Shown here in pieces: positions 8,451 through 14,715 of a stretch of DNA of 18,336 nucleotides. Source of the DNA: a bacterium. Lineage in GTDB: Bacteria; Bacillota; Clostridia; TANB77; RGIG9151. The stretch is from NCBI GenBank assembly GCA_963635575.1, contig CAVHFU010000009.1, positions 22,353-40,688 of the forward strand. The letters are read 5' to 3'. The notes beneath the pieces were generated by a model. It did no database searches, was not told where the DNA came from, and worked only from the letters and a program-made list of their open reading frames with translations. The translations under genes were made by a program, and so were the position numbers. Numbering within the stretch: position 1 is the first letter of the stretch; every line of letters begins with the position of its first letter.

Positions 8451-8477
8451 TTATCGGCTTTAAATTTATAAACTTAA
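8451..8477 (-). promoter_or_regulatory. Sigma-28 (SigD/FliA)-type promoter upstream of fliK
   Basis: Minus strand reads TTAAGTTT (8477-8470), 11 nt, then GCCGATAA (8458-8451). The enteric sigma-28 consensus is TAAAGTTT-N11-GCCGATAA, so this is 15 of 16 positions with exact spacing. The B. subtilis SigD consensus is TAAA-N15-GCCGATAT. It lies about 48 nt upstream of the fliK ATG. Confidence 0.6.
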
Positions 8478-8494
8478 CAGTTTTTTTATTTTTA

Positions 8495-8523
8495 TTTACA
8501 AAAAAATAAATATATGATATAGT
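8495..8523 (+). promoter_or_regulatory. Sigma-A-like promoter of the orphan small unit
   Basis: TTTACA (8495-8500), a 17-nt spacer, then TATAGT (8518-8523), with a TG at the extended -10 position (TGATATAGT). Confidence 0.45.
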
Positions 8524-8580
8524 AAGGGTGTGATAATAATACAATAATTACTCTTTTTCTATTTTAAGGAGGGAAAACAA

Positions 8581-8808
8581 ATGACATCTTCTACAGCCCA
8601 CTCAACACCCATCTTCGTCCTTTGCATCTACTTTATGACTGCACTTCCTCCACATTATTACAACCACTATTACTATTCAAAGAGAAAGAACCATTTTAGG
8701 CGTTTGAGAAACGGAAGTTTAAATAGACAATATGAGAGAAAAATGACTGTTGATAAAAGATTTAGACAAAATCACACGAAATACTTGCGATTTAAAGCAT
8801 TCCGCTAA
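8581..8808 (+). CDS. Hypothetical small basic His/Tyr-rich protein (75 aa); could instead be a non-coding RNA
   Basis: Strong RBS AAGGAGGG (8566-8573) lies 7 nt before the ATG, with its own promoter and a strong terminator. No family recognised. The first half uses many C-ending codons, which looks atypical against the neighbouring genes by eye, so coding status is uncertain. Confidence 0.4.
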   Translation: MTSSTAHSTPIFVLCIYFMTALPPHYYNHYYYSKRKNHFRRLRNGSLNRQYERKMTVDKRFRQNHTKYLRFKAFR

Positions 8809-8818
8809 AAACTATATC

Positions 8819-8851
8819 ATCTGCTCGGATTTATCCGAGCAGATTTTTTTC
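8819..8851 (+). terminator. Rho-independent terminator
   Basis: Perfect 10-bp stem TCTGCTCGGA-TTTA-TCCGAGCAGA (8820-8843), extendable by an A-T pair, followed by TTTTTTT. Confidence 0.8.
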
Positions 8852-8872
8852 GAATATTTTTTTGTTTTTCTC

Positions 8873-8901
8873 TTGACATCGAATTAATGTTCGTATAATA
8901 T
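8873..8901 (+). promoter_or_regulatory. Sigma-A promoter of the LysM (YneA-like) gene
   Basis: TTGACA at 8873-8878. The -10 is either TATAAT at 8894-8899 (15-nt spacer) or TAATAT at 8896-8901 (17-nt spacer). Confidence 0.6.
8880..8893 (+). promoter_or_regulatory. LexA box 1 (within the promoter spacer)
   Basis: CGAATTAATGTTCG, one mismatch to CGAAC-N4-GTTCG. It lies between the -35 and -10 elements. Confidence 0.6.
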
Positions 8902-8907
8902 ATATTT

Positions 8908-8921
8908 AGAACACTCGTTCG
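8908..8921 (+). promoter_or_regulatory. LexA box 2 (at/after the transcription start)
   Basis: AGAACACTCGTTCG, with a perfect GAAC-N4-GTTC core. It lies 17 nt upstream of the ATG at 8938. Confidence 0.75.
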
Positions 8922-8937
8922 TAAAGGAGAGATACGT

Positions 8938-9228
8938 ATGAAAAAAAGAATTTATCTAAAAAATCCATTAAGACTATTTTTAGCTGTTGTTTTTGTATTA
9001 GCAACATCGTTTGCTTTTTTACTAATTTTCCATGATTCCGCTTCCGGAAATAATATGCCTGAATATGCCACAATTATAATTGCTAAAGGTGATACTTTAT
9101 GGAATATAGCTAAAAAATATAATTATGATAACACAGATATAAGAAGTAAAATTAGTGAAATAAAAGAGCTAAATCAAATTAGCTCTAATCTCTGCGTAGG
9201 TCAAGAATTAAAAATTAAAATAAATTAA
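8938..9228 (+). CDS. yneA: Membrane-anchored LysM-domain protein, YneA-like SOS cell-division inhibitor candidate
   Basis: 96 aa with an N-terminal TM segment (LRLFLAVVFVLATSFAFLLIF) and a single LysM domain (IIIAKGDTLWNIAKKYNY...IKELNQISSNLCVGQELKI). AAGGAGA RBS. The architecture and dual LexA boxes match B. subtilis YneA. Confidence 0.7.
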   Translation: MKKRIYLKNPLRLFLAVVFVLATSFAFLLIFHDSASGNNMPEYATIIIAKGDTLWNIAKKYNYDNTDIRSKISEIKELNQISSNLCVGQELKIKIN

Positions 9229-10134
9229 TGATTTAACTAATTCACGCAAAGAAATGCTTTTCTTATTAAGGAAATTAAGTCCTTTATAGAATTCCATTCT
9301 TTGCTCTAATTTTTCGGGAGCCTCAAGCCCATCTACAGTAAATCTATGCAATCCGTCAAAATCATTAATATTTCTATTTACTCCGGGTGTAACCATAAGT
9401 TCTATATAATAATTTAATATATCCGCGATTTCGCCTTGCATATCTTTGGGTGGTACTCCATAAGGATATGCCATCACATTAATCTTTTTACCATCATTTC
9501 CTCTTTGGCTGATATATTCATCAGCCTTTTTTAAATCGGATAATATTCTTACTTCGCGTTCTTCTTTACTTTCTCCAGGTAAAAGAGCCTTCAAAATAGG
9601 AATACTGTCCCCTTTATAATCTTCGGTATATATGTGTGAATCGTAAGTATGATTTCCAAGTTCCATTAAACCCGACTCGTTCATCTTTTCTACCTGTTCC
9701 CAGGTTAAATAATTAGGATACTGCTCATCAGTATATCTAGCAATAATATTTAAATTAAACTTTGCATTATACTTTTTAAAAATATCAAAACCCTTTGTGT
9801 AGTTATCCATATATCCATCATCAAATGTATAAACCAATAACTTATTATTCTCAACAGGAATATCATTTTTAAAAATATTATAAGCTTCATCCAATGTCAC
9901 AACATTATAATCGTGTTCTTTAAAATACTTCAAATATCTATCTAACATATCTGTTGTTATATATAGTCCGGATAAAGATTTGTCTTCCGGCATCTCATCG
10001 CATACAACATGCATCATTAAAACACTTAACGTTGGAGATTTTTCATACACTTCCTTTTTATAAGAAAATACTGAAACAATTGCTATACATATAACCAAAA
10101 ATATCATTGGAATTATTAGTCTTTCTTTATCCAA
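9208..10134 (-). CDS. Polysaccharide deacetylase family protein (NodB homology domain), membrane-anchored
   Basis: N-terminal TM segment (IIPMIFLVICIAIVSVF). NodB motifs YTFDDGY and GNHTYDSH. TTG start at 10134 lies 9 nt after AAGGGGG. Confidence 0.85.
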   Translation of the reverse strand: MDKERLIIPMIFLVICIAIVSVFSYKKEVYEKSPTLSVLMMHVVCDEMPEDKSLSGLYITTDMLDRYLKYFKEHDYNVVTLDEAYNIFKNDIPVENNKLLVYTFDDGYMDNYTKGFDIFKKYNAKFNLNIIARYTDEQYPNYLTWEQVEKMNESGLMELGNHTYDSHIYTEDYKGDSIPILKALLPGESKEEREVRILSDLKKADEYISQRGNDGKKINVMAYPYGVPPKDMQGEIADILNYYIELMVTPGVNRNINDFDGLHRFTVDGLEAPEKLEQRMEFYKGLNFLNKKSISLRELVKSLIYFNF

Positions 10135-10238
10135 TTAAAAGAACCCCCTTAAATACCTTTGTTTCACAAATTCCTATACTTACACAAAATCTTAATACTG
10201 TTTATTTAAATATGTTTTTGTGCAATCAATAAAAGCTA

Positions 10239-10847
10239 TCATAAACTCTCAGCAATTTCCTCAAGTTTCTTTAGCCTATGATTAACCCCGGATTTCCCTA
10301 GTGGAGGATTTAACAATTTACCAAGTTCCATCAAACTAACTTCCGGATTTTCCAAACGCACCTTAGCAATTTCTTTTAAATTATCCGGCAAATTATTAAA
10401 CCCCAGCTTATTTTTTATTTTTTTTATGGCTTCAACCTGCCTAACAGCTGTATTTACTATTTTAGATAAATTAGCAGTTTCGCAATTAACCACTCTATTA
10501 ATCTGGTTATTCATTTCATGAACTACTTTTGCATCCTCAAATTTAAATAACGAATTATGAGCACCAATTATATTTAAGAAAAGTGCTATACTGTCTGCTT
10601 CTTTAACATAAGTAGCAAACTTATATTTCTTTTCAATAACCTTTGCATTTATATTATATTCTTTTAATATTTCGCAGATAATATCCGCCAAACTTTTTTC
10701 ATCGGTTAATATTTCAAGATGATACTCTTTTTCGGGATTAGCAATATATCCATCTAATAAAAAGACTCTCCTAAGAAAGTCTTTTTTCTCATCTTTTAGC
10801 CCATTTAATTTAGTTAATTCCTCTTTAATCTCGGATGTAAATGACAT
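10239..10847 (-). CDS. whiA: Short WhiA-family DNA-binding protein (single LAGLIDADG-like lobe plus HTH, 202 aa)
   Basis: Canonical WhiA N-terminus MSFTSEIKEEL, then directly FLRRVFLLDGYIANPEKEYHLEI, LNIIGAHNSL, VNCETANLSK, and the C-terminal HTH GKSGVNHRLKKLEEIA. About 100 aa of the canonical N-terminal domain are absent. Confidence 0.8.
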   Translation of the reverse strand: MSFTSEIKEELTKLNGLKDEKKDFLRRVFLLDGYIANPEKEYHLEILTDEKSLADIICEILKEYNINAKVIEKKYKFATYVKEADSIALFLNIIGAHNSLFKFEDAKVVHEMNNQINRVVNCETANLSKIVNTAVRQVEAIKKIKNKLGFNNLPDNLKEIAKVRLENPEVSLMELGKLLNPPLGKSGVNHRLKKLEEIAESL

Positions 10848-10868
10848 AGTCCAACCATTCCTTTGCTT

Positions 10869-12029
10869 CTATCTTATTTTCACAAATCTTAAAACGTCAA
10901 TTAAATCCATGCAAGCATAATTACCATTATTATATAACTTTATTGACTTATATTTACCTGAAATACTTAATGTGTTTAAATATTTACCGCTAATATCAAA
11001 AAAATCAACTCTGTCAGCTAAAACAACAGCTATAGTTTTACTCGAACTTTCAATAGACTTTACCACCCCGGCGACCTCGCCCGTTCCGGTTTTTTTATTA
11101 TTTACATTAAGAATGTCAATTGTTGATTTATTCGCAAATATACTAGTTGCCTCTCTATATGTCTCTATAATCTTGCCCTCATTTTCAAGATTAATTCCGG
11201 AAACTGTCTTATTAGAAAAGTCATCAAATGTTGTCTTTTTATAGTTTTTATCAATTTTAACTAATTTATTATCACCCACCGCAATAACATTAGAACTATC
11301 AATAAACCTTATACCCGACATCAAAACGTCATCCTCTATTTCAGAATACATAATTTGACCATTGCTAGACATAAAGGAAATTGCAGAATTGATAACCGCA
11401 CTACTAACGTCAGTCTCAATCATAGCTACTAAATCGCCCTTTGGCGATATATCAATGTCAATTAAAGTCGTATTAGCAAACAACTTTCTAAATATTTCTT
11501 TACCGGTTGGATCTAAAAATAAAAATCCACTCTTGTATCCAACTTGTGAAAATATAACACCAACATATCCATCTTTATTTACAGTAATTTTCTTAATATC
11601 ATTTTGGAGCTCTAATTCCCATAACATAGTTCTATTTTGGAAAGACATAATCTTCTTTCCGCCAGACTCTGCAATAACAAATCTGTTATTATTAGCATCA
11701 ATAAGCGGATTAGATATGTTCATTTCTTTAACCCATACAGGATTTTTAGTAGAAGTGTATTCAGAAATACCATTCTTATTTATAACAAGCATACCATCTT
11801 TACCGGGAACTATCGCTGTCTGAATAGCCGGATCATATGATATAGAAAATATCTCTGTTGCATCTACAACTTCTTCTTCGGAAAAACTCGCAAGTATCTT
11901 TGAATAATACTCATAAATATTATTTCTTGCCTCCGGAGTTTTCCACAAATAAATTCCACACACAACCAAAGCAATAAATAAAATCAGTAAAAATATATTC
12001 TTAAAAAATTTTCTTTTGTTAAATTTCAT
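10869..12029 (-). CDS. Membrane-anchored beta-rich (propeller-like) protein of unknown function, possibly DUF5711 family
   Basis: The ATG at 12029 lies 5 nt after GGAGG; the track start at 12041 is a TTG. N-terminal anchor FFKNIFLLILFIALVVCGIYLW, followed by about 350 aa of repetitive beta-strand-like sequence. The family assignment is from memory only. Confidence 0.7.
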   Translation of the reverse strand: MKFNKRKFFKNIFLLILFIALVVCGIYLWKTPEARNNIYEYYSKILASFSEEEVVDATEIFSISYDPAIQTAIVPGKDGMLVINKNGISEYTSTKNPVWVKEMNISNPLIDANNNRFVIAESGGKKIMSFQNRTMLWELELQNDIKKITVNKDGYVGVIFSQVGYKSGFLFLDPTGKEIFRKLFANTTLIDIDISPKGDLVAMIETDVSSAVINSAISFMSSNGQIMYSEIEDDVLMSGIRFIDSSNVIAVGDNKLVKIDKNYKKTTFDDFSNKTVSGINLENEGKIIETYREATSIFANKSTIDILNVNNKKTGTGEVAGVVKSIESSSKTIAVVLADRVDFFDISGKYLNTLSISGKYKSIKLYNNGNYACMDLIDVLRFVKIR

Positions 12030-12043
12030 AGTGACCTCCAAAA

Positions 12044-13276
12044 TTACTTTCTTCTACGAATTATATAATTATTTTCGGCACTAGCCGGCAACTTCATTAG
12101 AACTTTTTGCTCCGCCTTCCCCGGATTTACAACATCAATCTTTTCATTTGTATCAACATTATGCAATTCACCAATAGTAATAATTTCAGGCTCAATTTTT
12201 CCAGGAATAATCATTTCGTATTGTGAACCAACTTGAAGCTTATTTCTAACCTCTACTATAGATAACCCATCTTTTTTCTCTAAAACTTTCGCACCGTATT
12301 CATATGGGACTGTACTTCTTCCATCATCATCGTAATTTTGAATATCTTTGTTATCCTCTCTGTCATAGAATAGCTCACTGTATTTTCTGCTCATAGCCTT
12401 ATCTAATTCCACTTGATACTTTTCAGGACTCCAGTTAACCTTATTAGCTAAATAATCATCAATAGCACATCTATATGCATTAACTACTGTTGCAAGATAA
12501 TATTCTGTCTTTAATCTTCCCTCGATTTTCAAGCTTTCAACACCCATATCCACTATTTCAGGGATTCTGTTAATTAAGCATAAATCCTTAGCAGAAAGTA
12601 AGTATGTACCTCTTCCATCTTCCTCGACAGGTAACAATTTCCCAGGATTATTCTTTTCTTCAATATACACATTATAGTTCCATCTACAAGGTTGTGCGCA
12701 GTCACCTTGGTTTGAAGCGCGTCCGATTAAATAATTACTTAAAATGCATCTTCCGGAATAACCGACACAAACAGCGCCATGAATAAACATTTCTAACTCC
12801 AAATCGGGAGATTTATTCTCCATCATATATTTAATTTTATCTCTTGAAAGCTCACGAGCCAAAATAACCCTCTTTGCACCATTTCTTCTCCAAAATTCAC
12901 AAGTACCCAAACTTACCGTGTTAGCTTGTGTACTAATATGGACATCAACATTCGGAGCATATTCACGGACTATGTCTAAAACTCCGCCATCACTAACAAT
13001 TACAGCATCAACACCCATATCATTTAAAATCTTAGCTTGAGTTTTAACCTTTTCATAATCCTTATCAAATGCATATATATTCATAGCAGCATAAATCTTT
13101 TTGTTCATTTTTTTTGCAAGTTCAACAATCTTAACAAACTCATCATTATTAATGTTAACCCTTGTTCTTAAAGATAAATCAGCAGTTCCTGCATATACTG
13201 CATCTGCTCCGTATAAATATGCAATTTTTGCTCGTTCAAATGTGCCCGCTGGGGCAAGTAATTCTGGTTTTTCCAT
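12044..13276 (-). CDS. U32 family peptidase-like protein (B. subtilis YrrN/YrrO, TrhP-type tRNA U34 hydroxylation factor)
   Basis: Exact match to the U32 signature E-x-F-x2-G-[SA]-[LIVM]-C-x4-G-x-C-x-[LIVM]-S (EMFIHGAVCVGYSGRCILS). It sits next to a yrrM-like O-methyltransferase, as in B. subtilis. Confidence 0.9.
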   Translation of the reverse strand: MEKPELLAPAGTFERAKIAYLYGADAVYAGTADLSLRTRVNINNDEFVKIVELAKKMNKKIYAAMNIYAFDKDYEKVKTQAKILNDMGVDAVIVSDGGVLDIVREYAPNVDVHISTQANTVSLGTCEFWRRNGAKRVILARELSRDKIKYMMENKSPDLELEMFIHGAVCVGYSGRCILSNYLIGRASNQGDCAQPCRWNYNVYIEEKNNPGKLLPVEEDGRGTYLLSAKDLCLINRIPEIVDMGVESLKIEGRLKTEYYLATVVNAYRCAIDDYLANKVNWSPEKYQVELDKAMSRKYSELFYDREDNKDIQNYDDDGRSTVPYEYGAKVLEKKDGLSIVEVRNKLQVGSQYEMIIPGKIEPEIITIGELHNVDTNEKIDVVNPGKAEQKVLMKLPASAENNYIIRRRK

Positions 13277-13290
13277 AATTCATTCTCCTT

Positions 13291-13869
13291 CTACTTTTTG
13301 GCTATGACTAAAATCCCATCTCCAATATCAACTAACTCACTATTTAATCCCTCATCATTTTTTACTTTATCAATAAATTCTCGTAGTCGCATAACTGCTG
13401 TACGTTGTTTATGTTTAACCTTTTCTTCACCTTTTACCATACCTTTATAATTTACATTATCAGCAATAATGACTCCATCATCATTTAACATTTTAAGGCA
13501 CAGTGGCAAATATTCAATATAATGACTCTTAGGTCCATCTATAAATATAAAATCATACTTTTTATTTAACTTAGAAAGTACCGTTAAAGCATCTCCCTCA
13601 ATAATGTTAATTTTGTCATTCAGCTTATACATATCAATATTAGCCTTCGCCAACATTATTCTCTGCTTATCAATTTCAATAGTGTCAATTTTCCCGTCAT
13701 CCGTCAAAAACTTTGAAAAACATATAGCCGAATATCCAATTGCAGTACCAATTTCAAGTATATTTTTCACACTTTTCTTGCTAAGGAGGTTCTCTATATA
13801 TTCCAACGAATCATCTAAGATTACCGGAATCCAACTTTGCCTAGCAAAAAATCGCATTTCTTCCAACAT
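13291..13869 (-). CDS. Class I SAM-dependent O-methyltransferase (YrrM/TrmR-like)
   Basis: 192 aa with SAM-binding motif I ILEIGTAIGYS and FDFIFIDGPK, typical of the caffeoyl-CoA O-methyltransferase-like YrrM family. It lies 14 nt upstream of the U32 gene. Confidence 0.9.
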   Translation of the reverse strand: MLEEMRFFARQSWIPVILDDSLEYIENLLSKKSVKNILEIGTAIGYSAICFSKFLTDDGKIDTIEIDKQRIMLAKANIDMYKLNDKINIIEGDALTVLSKLNKKYDFIFIDGPKSHYIEYLPLCLKMLNDDGVIIADNVNYKGMVKGEEKVKHKQRTAVMRLREFIDKVKNDEGLNSELVDIGDGILVIAKK

Positions 13870-14018
13870 ATTATCACTCTCTACTAAATAATCTCAATTA
13901 CCACATCATTTTACCATAAACCACAAAAATAATAAAGCCAAAAAACGCAAATTCATACTTTGAATTGTCGTTTTTTAACTATCATTCATATACTAATTAA
14001 TAAAGGATGGTGAAATAT

Positions 14019-14597
14019 ATGACACTTGAAGGAAAGAAAATAGGACTTGGAATCACAGGTTCTTTTTGCAACTTTTCAAAAGTACCGGAAATTATAAATT
14101 CTATTCAAAAAGCAGGAGCCGAAGTCATTCCAATACTCTCGTCTCATGTCCAAGTATATGATACGCGTTTCAATAACGCCACTGAATTTCAAGAAAACAT
14201 AAAAGAATTAACAAAAAATGAACCAGTCTTAACAATTGTAGACGCAGAACCAATAGGGCCTAAAAATATGATCGATTTAATGCTAATAGCACCGTGCACA
14301 GGAAATACCGTTGCAAAACTTACTTATTCAATAATAGATGACACAATTCTTATGGCAACAAAATCACACCTTAGAAACAACAAACCAGTAGTTTTAGGTA
14401 TTTCAACAAATGATGCTCTAGGCTTAAGTGCAAAAAATATAGGAACATTACTCGCAACAAAAAACTTCTACTTTGTTCCATTTGGGCAAGACGCACCAGA
14501 TGCAAAACCAAACTCGCTTACATTTGACGTAGAGAAAATAGTACCAACAATAGAGCTAGCACTAGAAGGCAAACAAATCCAGCCAATATTAAAGTAG
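14019..14597 (+). CDS. dpaB: Dipicolinate synthase subunit B (SpoVFB/DpaB flavoprotein)
   Basis: Close motif-by-motif resemblance to B. subtilis SpoVFB (GKKIGLGITGS.C, AEPIGPK, IAPCTGN, NKPVVLGISTNDALGL, VPFGQD...KPNS, QIQPIL). The ATG at 14019 follows AAAGGATGGTG; the track start at 14007 lies inside that RBS. Confidence 0.9.
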   Translation: MTLEGKKIGLGITGSFCNFSKVPEIINSIQKAGAEVIPILSSHVQVYDTRFNNATEFQENIKELTKNEPVLTIVDAEPIGPKNMIDLMLIAPCTGNTVAKLTYSIIDDTILMATKSHLRNNKPVVLGISTNDALGLSAKNIGTLLATKNFYFVPFGQDAPDAKPNSLTFDVEKIVPTIELALEGKQIQPILK

Positions 14598-14635
14598 TAA
14601 AAACTGACCATTAGGGACGGTTCTTTTTGGTCACA

Positions 14636-14688
14636 CAAAAAAACAGCTGTAATTTTCATTATATCTAAATTACAGCTGTTATATTTTT
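14636..14688. terminator. Bidirectional intrinsic terminator between convergent dpaB and spoIVB
   Basis: Perfect 13-bp stem ACAGCTGTAATTT (14643-14655) / AAATTACAGCTGT (14667-14679) with an 11-nt loop. An A-run lies upstream and a T-run downstream, so it can terminate both strands. Confidence 0.75.
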
Positions 14689-14715
14689 AGGACCTGTCCC
14701 ATTTGGTCATTTAAG

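Noticed and set aside
8439-8526. Possible invertible promoter switch (as in the C. difficile flagellar switch) around the SigD-type promoter: CTTACTCTA (8439-8447) versus TATAGTAAG (8518-8526)
   Set aside because: The inverted repeat is only 9 nt with one mismatch, in AT-rich intergenic DNA. It has no extension and no recombinase gene nearby, so it is within chance expectation.
13989-13997. SigK-type promoter for dpaB (CATATACTA resembles CATA-N3-TA)
   Set aside because: There is no AC -35 element at the required 16-17 nt spacing. The -10-like match alone is too weak in AT-rich sequence to call a feature.
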